Assembly: GCF_006345805.1 (NCBI RefSeq)
Contig: NC_043020.1
Location: 15,996,001 to 16,060,000 of the forward strand
Direction: 5' to 3'
Origin: Octopus sinensis
Taxonomy: Eukaryota
Length of the DNA stretch: 64,000 nt
The position numbers were made by a program, and so were the translations under genes. Shown here one piece after another: positions 24,890 to 36,989 of the stretch. The notes beneath the pieces were generated by a model that saw only the letters and a list, made by a program, of their open reading frames with translations, searched no databases and was not told the DNA's origin. Position 1 is the first letter of the stretch. Each line of letters opens with the position of its first letter.

Positions 24890-25441
24890 ATCATAAACCA
24901 TTATTAAAAGTTCTTTGTCACTGTCCATATAACAGCACTGGTTCAACAGTTGCAATGAGCAGCTTCATTTTGATTTGCCTGGGCAATTCAGTGTTACAGA
25001 CTTTCTTTAGTTTGTGACAGGCTGTCCATGCTTGTGTTTTCTTGATCTTGATGTCTGCTTCCAAACTGCTCACCCAACAACCTAAGTACTTGAAGTCTTC
25101 AGCATCATTCTATTTGGAACCACTCAGAACAAACAGTTCAGTATCATTTGATTGGCTGAAAGACATGTGTTTCATTTTCTTGGCGTTTGTGCACAGCCCT
25201 GTCTTTGCAGCTGATGCTTCTACTCTGCTGAACAGCTGTTGAGCTTGACCTATTAAAAATGAGTAAGAGTGCTGTATCATCTGTGAAGTCCAGGTCTGTG
25301 ATGGTTACTGCTGGCACTCTCCATGATCATTGCTAATCTATGATTAAATCAAGATCTTCATCACTGTTGTCTATCGGATTATGCATGATCCAATACAATT
25401 ACAAACAGATATGGTGCAAATGTATCTCCTTGTAGCACCCC
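24890..25441 (-). mobile_element. RTEX-like non-LTR retrotransposon RT, downstream half (RT domains 4-7 and thumb), decayed
   Basis: Reverse complement gives GVLQGDTFAPYLFVIVLD / ITDLDFTDDTALL / EDFKYLGCWV / IKIKKTQAWTACHKLKKV / TVEPVLLYG. Confidence 0.9.
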
Positions 25442-26055
25442 AGCTAGTATTTGAAAGAATTCAGCATGCCAAATATTGACTGAAAGAGGGAAAAGCTGCT
25501 GGCCCTGATGAAATTCCCCCTGAAGTTATCAAAAGGTACAATCTGGATGAAATAATACTGAATTTTGCTCTTGCAAAATCTGGATGAAATAATATTGAAT
25601 AAGCTCTTGCAGAACCAAGAAACTCCAGATCAGTGATCTGAGATTAACTTGATACCAATCCCAAAGCCAGGAAACCTCAGCAATGAAACTAACTACAGAG
25701 GAATTGCACTGTCCAGTATCTCATTCAAAGGCATCAACCGAATGATCCTCAATAGGATTCAACAGGTGCTTGATAGTCATCTAAGACTAAATCAAAATGG
25801 ATTTAGACCAGGGAGAGCAACAACAGCTAGATCTTAGCCCTGAGGCATATCATAGGAGTTAAATCAAGACTGCTACCTACCATTATAACCTTCATGGACT
25901 TCAGCAATGGGTTTGACAGCACCTATTGTTACAAAATATTGAAGATCCTTCAAGTATATGGCATTCCAGTAGAACTAGTTCTTGCTATTGCAAAGACCTA
26001 TGAGAAGACCAGAACTCATACGTTGACATCTTTTGGAGAAATGGAATTCTTTCGG
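25442..26055 (+). mobile_element. RTEX-like RT, upstream half (domains 0-3), inverted relative to the downstream half
   Basis: KAAGPDEIPPEVIK / LIPIPKPGNLSNETNYRGIALSS / QNGFRPGRATT / FMDFSNGFDS / LQVYGIP / TSFGEMEFF. Confidence 0.9.
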
Positions 26056-26739
26056 AATTGGAATCTCACAAATTTTGTCAGGATTTTCCCTTTTTCTTTT
26101 TCCTGCATGCAAAACAATGAAGGGAAGCCTTTTTAAAACGAAAGTTTGAAAAATCCATGTCTTTTCAATGTTTGTCTTAACCCCTCACACAAACACACTC
26201 ATCATACCTTTGGAACATTAACCACTAAAACGATATATTTTTCTTTTTTGTAATTTTATGTCATTTTATCGTATTCTATGCTCTGAAACATTTGTAACTC
26301 ATGTTAAAGAAAAGAAATCTTGCCCCCTCTTGTCTCCTTCAATGAAATAAAAGTCAAACACTGCAAGTGAATGTGTGTGAAAAAAATTTGAATTTTGAAA
26401 TGTATATCTTTAATAGTGATTTTTCAGTCATTTATTTAAACTTTTTCTGCTACCTTGTCAAATACAATTACATGTGATATATGGGCTTTGAGATGTAAAT
26501 TTGCTAATTTCCTAAAATTTTAATTTTTGTGCATGTGGGGGCCCACTGAATATGAAGTGCTCTGTGCAACCCCCATGGTTTAAATCCAGTCCTGTAACAT
26601 ACATACATAAATGTATACATAGATATACGACTCTGTGTGTGTGTGTGCATGCGTGCATGTGTGTGTGTGCATGTGTGTGTGAGTTAGTGTGTGAGTGTGT
26701 GTGCGTGTGTGTGGGTGTGTGTGTACAGTGATGGATTTG

Positions 26740-27355
26740 AGGGTTTCATTTATTTACAAGACCCGGCAAGCCAAGTGAGACCATAACCCATGGCCTATGC
26801 CAGTGGTATAACCAGCCCACTAAGGTGTACCTTTCCTTCATTGGACACTAAACTCTGCTTGTGAAGACCTGTTGGGGCAAGTGAAATCACAATCAAATTC
26901 GATGAGAGCACTGCATGACTGGCATCTGTGCTAGTGGAGCGCTAAGAGCACCATCCGAGCATGATCGTTGCCAGGGCCGCTGACTGGCTCCCATGCTGAT
27001 GGCACATAAAAAGCACCATTCAAGCATAATCATTACCAGCGTTTGCTTACTGGACCTTGTGCCGGTCGTACGTGAAAAACACCATTCGAGTGAGGGCGTT
27101 GCCAGTGCCGCTTGATTGGCCCCTGTGCAGGTGACATGTAAAAACACCAGTACCGCCTGACTGGCCCTTGTGCCGGTCGTACGTAAAAGCACCCACTACA
27201 CTCTTGGAGTGATTGGCATTAGGAAGGGCATCCAGCTGTGGAAACTCTGCCAGATCAGACTGGAGCCTAGTGCAGCCATCTGGTTCACCAGTCCTCAGTC
27301 AAACCATCCAACCCATGCCAGCATGGAAAGCGGACATTAAACGATGATGATGATG
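26740..27355 (+). mobile_element. Long family C-type SINE-like copy with tandem internal subunits
   Basis: Repeated (G)TAAAAAGCACC..TCGAG.G units, then the GGAAGGGCATCCAGC module and an (ATG)n tail. Confidence 0.75.
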
Positions 27356-27649
27356 ATTATGATATATACACATGTGTGATTATGTGTGTGTGTGTGTGTG
27401 TATGTGTATGTATATGTACGTCTGCTAAGGCACATGCGTACCTGTACACTCACTCAGGCATAGGCATACTCAGTCACCCACGTATGTACTCATCTAGACA
27501 CACAAACACACACACGCACAAACACACACCTACAGCTACCCACCCAAACCCTTTCGCTCTTAACTACCCAATGCATTCATAATTAATCTATATTTGATGT
27601 TAATATATATAGAATTTAATGCTGCTATTTTTGCTATTGATAGATTATA

Positions 27650-29045
27650 TCATAGTGTGTGATAGTAGTGGTGATAGTGGTGGCGGTGGTTGAGATGATG
27701 ATGGTGGTGGGAGTGGGGGTGGTTGTGGCGGCGGTGATGATGGTGATGGTGCTTGCGGTACTGGTGGTATTAGTGATGGTGGTGGTGGTTAGGGTGGAAG
27801 TGGTGTTGATGGTGTTGAGGATGGGAGTTAGTGGTGGTAGTGGTGGTGATGGGGATGATGGTGGGAGTGGTGGTGATGGCGATGGTGGTGGTGGTGGCGG
27901 TGGCAGTGGTGATGGTGCTTGGAGTGCTGGTGGTATTAATGATGGTGATGGAGGTGGTGGTGGTGGTGGTGGTGGTGGTTAGGGTGGAAGTGGTGTTGAT
28001 CATAATGGTGATGGTGATGAGGATGGAAGTTATTGGTGGCGATGGTAGTGGCAGTGGTGCTAGAACTGGTGAGAGTTGTGGTAGTGGTGAATGGCAATGG
28101 TGAAAGTGGTAGGAATAGGGCTGGTAGTGGTATTGACAGTAATGGTGGTGGTGGTGGTAGTGGTGGTAGCAGCTTAGTACTGCACAGTGGTGGTGATGAT
28201 GCTTGTGGTAATGATGTAGTGGTAGTGGTAGTTGTATTGGAGGTAGATTTTGGGTGGTAGTAGTAGTGACAAAGTGATGGTGATAGTACAGCAAGGTGGT
28301 TGTGGTTTATGATAGTAATAGTAGTAGTATAATGGTAATGTGATAGTGTTGGCATAATGGTAGTGATAGTGGTGGTGGTGGTGTTGGAGGCAGTGGCATG
28401 GTGACGGTGGTGGTAGTGGTGGTGGTGGTGGTGTTGGAGGCAGTGGCATGGTGACGGTGGTGGTAGTGGTGGTGGTGGTGGCAGTTGTGATGGCAGTGGG
28501 GATGATAGTGGTGGTGGTGGTAGGGATGGTAGTGGTAGTGATGGTAGTGGTGGTGGTGGTGGTAGTGGTGGTGATGGTAGTGCAGTGGCAGTGGTTGTGA
28601 TGGTGATGGTAGTGGTGGTGGTGGTAGCGGATGTGGCAATGGTAGTGATAGTGTTGGTGGTGGCGGTGGTGGTGGTGGTATTGTCCTTCTTGTCATTCAT
28701 CCGCTGGATACACCTAGTTGTGACCATTCCATCTTTATGTACATCATTGTCCTATGCACACATCGTTAACATGACAAGCTATCATTTGAGGGAAATTTGG
28801 CTGCTATTTCTAAGAAGTTAAGCAACTGAATAGAATCTTTCTTCTATGGTTCCGTTATTGTGGCAGTGCTGGACGTAGCGTTGGGCACTGTGGTAAAAGC
28901 GGAAATTGAATTGTAGTTATAAGATTGTGGTGGTGGTGGAAGTAGTGGTGGTGGTGGTGGTGGTGGTGATGGTGATGGCTGTAGTAGTAGTTATAGTAGT
29001 AGTAGTTGTAGTCATAGTAGTAGCAGTAGTAGTGGTTTAGTGGTA
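27650..29045. repeat. (GGT/GTA/GAT)n G-rich trinucleotide region with short internal duplications
   Basis: Direct inspection. For example, GGTGGTGTTGGAGGCAGTGGCATGGTGACGGTGG occurs twice in 28375-28465. Confidence 0.9.
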
Positions 29046-29082
29046 GAGGGCAATACTTAAAATTTCTTTTTTATTTTGGAGC

Positions 29083-29118
<36 letters not shown>

Positions 29119-29126
29119 ATACACAC

Positions 29127-29166
<40 letters not shown>

Positions 29167-29414
29167 GCCTATATGGGTGTATGCGTTTATGTACATGTGT
29201 GTGTATGAGTGTATACATACATATATATATATGTATATATGTATACACACATATACACACATACAAATATAAAAACACATACACCCATACATGTAAGTAT
29301 ATATATATATATGTGTGTGTGTGTAGGGGTAGTGTTTAAATACACACACACACACACACATATATATATACATACATACATATAATACATACGTACACAT
29401 ATACATGCATATAC

Positions 29415-29451
<37 letters not shown>

Positions 29452-29659
29452 ACTACTCACATACATACATTCACACATACACAGATGTACACAGACATGC
29501 ATGCACAAACGCATACGCACACACATAAAAATGCATTTTCGTTGTTTTATTTTTTGTTTTGTTTTGTTTTTCTTTGCTTCGTTTCAATATTGATTGGTTA
29601 ATTAATTACTTTAGCTACAACACTTGAGTGTGGAATGTTCTACAAGGTCTGCACTAAAT

Positions 29660-30128
29660 GACCCACCCTCGTGCACGCGCACACGCACATATATTCACAT
29701 ACACACATGCTCACACACACACACATGCATACACACGCATACACACAATCACACGCACACACGCACATATATTCACATACACACATGCTCACACACACAC
29801 ATGCATACACACGCATACACACAATCACACGCACACACGCACACACGCACATATATTCACATACACACATGCTCACACACACACATGCATACACACGCAT
29901 ACACACGCACACACGCACATATATTCACATACACACATGCTCACACACACACATGCATACACACGCATACACACAATCCCACGCACACACGCACATATAT
30001 TCACATACACACATGCTCACACACACACATGCATACACACGCATACACACGCACACACGCACACACGCACATATATTCACATACACACATGCTCACACTC
30101 ACACATGCATACACACGCATACACACAA

Positions 30129-30140
<12 letters not shown>
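29660..30140. repeat. CA-rich minisatellite, about six units of 68-84 bp
   Basis: The marker CATATATTCACATACACACATGCTCAC recurs six times. Confidence 0.88.
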
Positions 30141-30166
<26 letters not shown>

Positions 30167-30524
30167 AAACACACACAGGGACAGTCATACACACATGCAT
30201 ACAAGCATTCACATAGATTTTTCTCCTTCACTAACACACTTGTACTGTTGTTGCTTATTGCTGTTGTTGTTGTTGTTGTTTTGGAGGATAGTGGTGGTGG
30301 AGGCAGCGGTGCTTGTGGTGCTGTGTTGTGTTGTGTTGTGTTGTGTTAGTAGTGATGGTACTCCAGCTGTTGAAGTATAAAATATGAAAGAAGGAGATGA
30401 GAAAGAGGAAGGAAAAAGTGCAGGGCAGGAAAGGCAGAGGAAAGAGAAAGAGAGAAAGAAGAGAAGAGAGAAAAGAAAATAACATTTTTTTTTAAATGTG
30501 AAGAGGAGGAGGAGGAGGAAGATT

Positions 30525-30555
<31 letters not shown>

Positions 30556-30841
30556 GGATGATGATGAGGAGGAGGAGGAGGAGCAGGATGATGATGATGA
30601 GGAGGATGATGATGATGAGGATGAGGATGAGGATGATGATGATGAGGAGGAGGTGGAGGATGGATGAGGAGGTGGAGGAGGAGGAGGAGGAGGAGGATGA
30701 TCTTAAATCGTGGTTGGTGGAAAAAGAAAAAGGTCAAGAAAAGCAAAAGAAAAAGGAAATAATGCAAGCACACATGAGACATATACACGTGTGCACATAC
30801 TGACATATTGTCTTACACACATGCACAAGTGCACAAAGCAT

Positions 30842-30877
<36 letters not shown>

Positions 30878-30885
30878 ATATATAT

Positions 30886-31114
30886 ATTTCTTCACTACCC
30901 ACAAGGGCCTAAACATAGAGGGGACAAACAAGGACAAAGGGAATAAGTCGATTACATTGACCCCAGTACGCAACTGGTACTTTATTTATCGACCCCGAAA
31001 GGATGAAAGGCAAAGTCGGCCTCAGCAGAATTTGAACTCAGAACGTAAAGACAGACGAAATACCACTAAGTATTTCGCCCGGCGTGCTAACGTTTCTGCC
31101 AGCTCACCGCCTTG
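30886..31114 (-). mobile_element. SINE family B, near full length
   Basis: Head AAGGCGGTGAGCTGGCAGAAACGTTAGCACGCC on the minus strand, with CpGs retained. Confidence 0.85.
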
Positions 31115-31590
31115 TATATATGTATGTATGTATGTATGTATAGATGGATATAGATAGATATATTGCAGGTCTAGCCCCATAGACTGGTCATATGTATCTC
31201 TATCTATATACTCTCCTACTCTATAACTTAGAATGTGCTTCTCTTTCATCATCATCATCATCATTACCATCATCGTTTAACGTCTGTTTTCCATGCTGGC
31301 ATGGGTTGGACGGTTTCACTGAGGTCTGGAAAGCCTATGGCTGCACCAGGCTCCAATCTGATCTGGCAATGTTTCTACAGCTGGATGCCCTTCCTTACAC
31401 CAACCACTCCAAGAGTGTAGTGGGTACTTTTTGTGTGCCACCAGCACAGGAGCCAGTCAGGCGGGCCTGGCATCAAACACATTCAGATGGCGTTTTTATG
31501 TCCTACCAACACAAGAACCGGTCAAGGGGTACTGGCATCGGCCACGATCAGTTGGTGCTTTTTTTTTATACATATATATATAAAATCTTT

Positions 31591-31914
31591 CAGGACATCA
31601 AGGCTCACCAATGGAGAAGTTCTTAAGCAGATCAGGCCGAAAATGTCACTAGAAGCTAGGATCACTAAGCATAGATTGGCATATTTTGGTCATATTATGT
31701 GGAGAAAATCCCTGGAGAAGGACATCATGCTCGGAATGGTCAGTGGCAAGAGAGGAAGAGACCGACCAAGAACCCGCTGGCTTGACACCATCAAGAGGGA
31801 TACCGGAATGGACATAGCCAATCTGAAAGAAGTGACCCAGGATAGAACTGACTGGAGGACACTGATCCAACGAGTGACCAAGAGTCAACTTCGACTGAGC
31901 GGATAGATAGATAG
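31591..31914 (+). mobile_element. 5'-truncated RTE (BovB-like) LINE 3' end with (GATA)n tail and 15-bp TSD
   Basis: Open frame RLTNGEVLKQIRPKMSLEARITKHRLAYFGHIMWRKSLEKDIMLGMVSGKRGRDRPRTRWLDTIK...SQLRLSG*. TSD ATATATAAAATCTTT at 31576-31590 and 31915-31929. Confidence 0.93.
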
Positions 31915-32390
31915 ATATATAAAATCTTTAAAAAACCCCACAAATCTTGTAATTACAGCTACACAAGGTCACCTGGTCAAAATGATAATTTATTCCTTCA
32001 TGTTTTTATTTCACCCAGGAAACCCTGGGTAGCTGTATTCACAAGATTTGTGGTGATTTTGTTTTAAGATTATCTTTACTTTCTTAGCTGATCAGGTGTT
32101 TTTCTACTTGTTGAAGCATTACTACATAATTTAAATCCTCCTCATCACCGTTTAATGTTCACTTTCCATGCGGGCATGGGTTAGACGGTTTGACTGGGGA
32201 CTGGCGAACCAGAAGGCTGCACCAGACTCGAATGGTGCTTTTAACGTTCCACTGGCATGGGTGCTAATCAGGCGGTACTGTCATTGGCCACAACACCAAT
32301 TTTGATTTCACTTGCCTCAACAGGTCTTCACAAGTGTTGTTTATTGTCCAATGATTGAAAGGTACTCTTAAATGGGCTGGTTATACAGCA

Positions 32391-32474
<84 letters not shown>

Positions 32475-33204
32475 CACACACATGCACACATACACATACA
32501 CACACATATCTACAAAGCCTTGTTAGTGAATTTGGTAGACAGAAACTATATATATATGTATATGTGTGTATATGTTTGTGTGTCTGTGTTTCTCCCCACC
32601 ACCTACCATTGCTTGACAACCAAGGTTTGTGTGTTTACGTCCCCATAACATAGGAGTTTGGCAAAAGAGACTGATAGAATATGTACTAGGCTTATAAAGA
32701 ATAAGTTCTGGGGTCGATTTGCTCAACTAAAGGCAGTGCTCCAGCATGGCCACAGTCAAATGACTGAAACTAGTAAATGAATAAAAGAATAAAAGAATAG
32801 AATGTAAATATATATACACACATATACACACAAACATATACATATACAATAAATATATTTTCTTTTTGTTTTTGCATCTTTTCTCCCTTGCCTACACACT
32901 CTTTAGTCACAATGTAGGTCTGCTATTTGGAAGGTGATTTATGCTAACCTACCATTGACCGCACTACTACTCCACCACAAACATCATATACATCTTCAGT
33001 ATTTTGATTCCTGAGCAATTATCAAGTTATCTATTTAATAATTATTCTCACTGTCCATTGTCACTGGTGGTGAAATAAATTTTCATCCATCAAACGAATT
33101 TCGGAAACCCCCCCCCCGCCCCACTGTAACAATGGAATTGTTTGTACTGACTGACCACTAGCCTATGTCCAGATAAACTGATTTGCTCTATATGACCCTA
33201 CCTG

Positions 33205-33330
33205 TTTAGCTTCTTCTTCTTCTTCTTCTTCTTCTTCTTCTTCTTCTTCTTCTTCTTCTTCTTCTTCTTCTTCTTCTTCTTCTTCTCCTCCTTCCTCTTC
33301 TTCTCCTTCCTCCTTCTCCTCTTGATTCTC
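33205..33330. repeat. (CTT)n microsatellite
   Basis: Direct inspection. Confidence 0.95.
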
Positions 33331-34222
33331 CACCTCCTACATTTTCTCTACCACACTTACTCATCCCATGACCATACTTTTATTTACTTTTTGTTTCTTC
33401 CTGAGGTAAGCCAAAAAACATATCCAGAAATATCTGGAACTCTGAGCCTAGACAAAACGATTGGGTTTCATTTATACTTTCAGTGAACAGATTGTTTGCT
33501 GAGTGGTGCTTATATCTGCTCTCTGGCCCAGTAGTTCAGCAGGTCCTGTGCATGTGAACCTCCTCTAATATTCTCTGTATGACTGGAGTGGGTCTGTATG
33601 CCAACCTTTGCTGCCATTAAATCGATTACTGGAACTTTGGTTACCATGGATAGACTGGGATGAATGCTTGAGTGGTCTCCCATTGCCATCTCCAGGCAGT
33701 TTGGGATTTAAACTCAGAATGTAGAGAGCTGAAAAATATTCCTTGAATCATTTCTGCTGATGTACTAATGATTCTGCAACTCTCTCACTCACAGAGTAAC
33801 ATGAAATTAAGTATTTTGCTTAAGAACACAGGATATTGCCTGGTCTGAGAATTGAACTCATGATCTAGTGATTGTCAGTGCAACACACTAACCACTAGGC
33901 CACGTGTCTTCACTGAGGTACATGGTGGTGCAAATAACAATCTTCCATCAGTTGGGAGATGTAAGCATCAATCAGCAAACAATTTGTTCACTGAAAATAT
34001 AAACAAAAATAGTGGCTTTGTCTCGGTTTAGAGTTTCTGATATTTCTGGCTGGCAAGACACATGTCAAAACATTGACATCCCAGAATGCCTTGTGCCAAT
34101 GAGGTGAGTGTGTTGAACACACTGTTGTTGTAAAAAGAAGTTATTCTGTTGTGACATACACAAAGCACAGCTTGGAGTATAACTCCTTATATTCACTATA
34201 TACAAGTATGTACGTATATGTA

Positions 34223-34316
<94 letters not shown>

Positions 34317-34345
34317 TATACATATATATACATATATATACATAC

Positions 34346-34397
<52 letters not shown>

Positions 34398-34519
34398 CAT
34401 ACATATATATATAAATGTATGTATGTTTATATGTATGAATGTATGTATGTATATACACATATATAATGTGTGTGTATATATATATATAATTATATATATA
34501 TATATATATACATATATAT

Positions 34520-34700
34520 AGTTGAAATTTACAGAAAACAAAAGACGAAGACAGGGGTATGAACAACAAGCAGCTGTATTAGTTTGGTGCTCAGGAAAGT
34601 GAGATAGTCTTTTACATTTTGAACCCACGCTCTTCAACAGAAAAGAATATGAGGAAATAAACAGAGAGAAGTAATATCTACATCGCAGATGTAAGGAAAT
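34520..34700 (-). mobile_element. Penelope-like terminal-repeat remnant with a degenerate hammerhead-like motif
   Basis: Reverse complement CTTTT CTGTTGA A GAGC GTG GGTTC AAAATGTA AAAG has the same layout as the 35171 motif, in a pyrimidine-rich context. Confidence 0.45.
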
Positions 34701-34731
34701 GCTCAGAACTTGAGGAATATGCCCTAACAAA

Positions 34732-34967
34732 AAGTAGGAAAATGGAGAGATTTAACGGATATAAATTAATTTATTAACATTTTTAATAAGGCCTACAATT
34801 GTTTCAATTCACACTCAATACAAATTACAAACCTATAGAATAAAATAAGTTTGCATTTTGAATATTATTTGAATATTAATTTCTTCAGGGCCAAACTACA
34901 TTGTAGGCCTTATTAAAAATGTTAATAAAGTAATTTATCTTCATTAAATCTCTCCATTTTCTTACTT
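34732..34967. repeat. 68-bp inverted repeat with a 100-bp spacer (MITE/foldback-like)
   Basis: 34732-34799 (AAGTAGGAAAATGGAGAGATTTAA...AAGGCCTACAAT) is the reverse complement of 34900-34967, with few mismatches. Confidence 0.85.
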
Positions 34968-35170
34968 AATAATATTTGATATTTATAATATACCTATATT
35001 TCTCAACAATATAATATATTAAACCAGTGTAACTTGGATGAAACTATCCCCATAAGAGGTTTATATATCCTCGTAATGACTATATATATATATTCAAAAT
35101 GTGACCGCGTGTGTACTGTTGGCGATTTTTTTCCTCTGTCTTCCCTTCTCTGTATCTTTCCTTCTCCTAT

Positions 35171-35205
35171 GTTTCCGACGAAGAGCTCTGCTTGAAACGT
35201 TAAAC
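35171..35205 (+). ncRNA. Minimal type-I hammerhead-ribozyme-like motif (U4C variant) in a Penelope-like terminal repeat (about 35095-35290)
   Basis: GTTT-CCGACGA-A-GAGC TCT GCTT-GAAAC GTT-AAAC. Stem I is GTTT/AAAC, stem II is GAGC/GCTT, and stem III is the palindrome ACGT. Confidence 0.5.
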
Positions 35206-36734
35206 CCTTCTTCTTTCCTTCTTTCCTGAGCGTCCAATAATACTATATTTGTTCCACGTCCTCGCGTTGTGTTTTTTTGTGCTTTCTTGTTTGGATTTAC
35301 TATATATATATATATATATATATATGCTCATATGCATATGCATGCACCTGCTTATAATTATATTCATATATGTGTGTGTTTTCGTGTGTCTATATACATA
35401 CACACATACAAACTCACACTTACACACACGTGCTCACATATTTACAAATAAACAGAGAAATCAGTTTCTATTTTATTTAAAAACACGGAAGCTGTTCTTT
35501 AAGTTTAATAATTAAATGTCTGAGTGTTTGAGATGAGTCGTTCGTAATTAGATTTTAATTATCTGAACAATTAGCCTTAACTTTACAATGTATATTTACA
35601 AAATTCATATAGTTACACAAAAAAATTGATTGCTTTCATTAACAATCACCATCAATTGTGTTGTTTTTTGGATATGTAGCTGCAGACCTGACAGTATGGT
35701 AAGAAGCTTGCTTCTCAACCACATGGTTCTAGGTTCAGTCCCACTGTGTGTTACTTTAGGTAAGTGTCTTCTACTAAAGCCCTGGGTTGACCAAAGTCTC
35801 GTAACTGGATTGAGCAGAAGAAACTCAAAGAACACCTATCATATGTTTGTGTGCGTGTGTGTGTGTCTGTGTATGTTTGTGTATGTACGTGCATGTGTAC
35901 GTGCATGTGTGTGCATATATGTATGTGAGTGTGTGTGTGTATGTCTGTGCATGTTCCCCTCAACCACTTGACAATGGGTGTTGGTTGTATTACATCTCCA
36001 TGACTGAGCAGTTCAAGTGAAGAGACTGATGGAATACATACCAGGCCTAAAAATACGAACTGGGGTTAATTTTTTTCGACTAAAAGCCTTCAAGACACTC
36101 TCCCAGCATGGACGCAGTCCAATGACTGAAACAAGTAGCAGAGAAAAGATACATACATAGCCCCAAACAGGATTAGACCCAGGATCTCTTATTTCTAAGC
36201 TGAGGGAGCTGCTGAAGCCTAAATAGGTTATATAAAATGAAAATGCTGTACTTAGAATGTCCCTGCTGTGTTATCTTTTCTTTTACTTTTTCAGTCTTTA
36301 GAATGTAGCCATGATGGAGCACTGATTTCAAGGGTTTTAGTCAAACAAATCAACCCCAGTACTTTTTTTAAAACCTAGTACTTATTCTATTGCCTCCTTA
36401 GGAGACCGATAGAATAAGTACTAGGTTTACAAAGAATAAGTCCTGGGGTCAATTTGTTTGACTAAAGGTAGTGTTCCAGCATGACCACAGTAAAATCACT
36501 GAAACAAATGAAAGAATAAAAGAAAAGAATATGACTATACACTGTAGACTACTTCAGTGCAATTCTTAGTATGTCTGTCTGGGTTACAGAAAATGTGTGG
36601 TTCAAATCTTACAGGAATCTCACCATTTTTTTCTGTTGTCCAAGGGGTGCTTTTAAACCAATGTATAATTACAAGCTGTTATTCATAAGTGAATTCATTT
36701 CAGGACACATTGTTAATAAAGACATAATAAAAAA

Positions 36735-36980
36735 TAAATAAATGTGCCCTTTTAAAGCCGAGCCAGGCTCATGGGCCCGGTTTCCAGGTTTCAATGGCGT
36801 ATGTGTTCCCGAGCTGAATAGGACACCAGTCCATCACAGCGTTACTCATTTTTGCACTGGAGCAATGTGAAATGAAGTGTTTTGCTCAAGAACACAACTC
36901 GTCGCCCAGTCCAGGAATCGAAACCACAATCTTACGATCATGATACTGACACCCTAACCACTAAGCCATGCGCCGCCACT
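36735..36980 (-). mobile_element. SINE family E (tRNA head plus CORE-like body)
   Basis: Near-identical to 60388-60640. Minus-strand head GTGG.GGCGC.TGGCTTAGTGGTTAGGGTGTCAG...GGTTTCGATTCC. The CORE resemblance is from memory only. Confidence 0.8.
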
Positions 36981-36989
36981 TAATAAAGA

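Noticed and set aside
27785-27990. TTAGGG within G-rich repeats as interstitial telomeric sequence
   Set aside because: These are isolated single hexamers inside a duplicated (GGT)n tract, not tandem telomeric arrays.
36280-36530. Apparent foldback duplication of a SINE A 3' end around CTCCTTAGGAG
   Set aside because: The two arms carry different subfamily diagnostics (AAAACCCTTGAAA-type versus CTAAAGG-type), so they look like two separate copies joined back to back rather than a single foldback.
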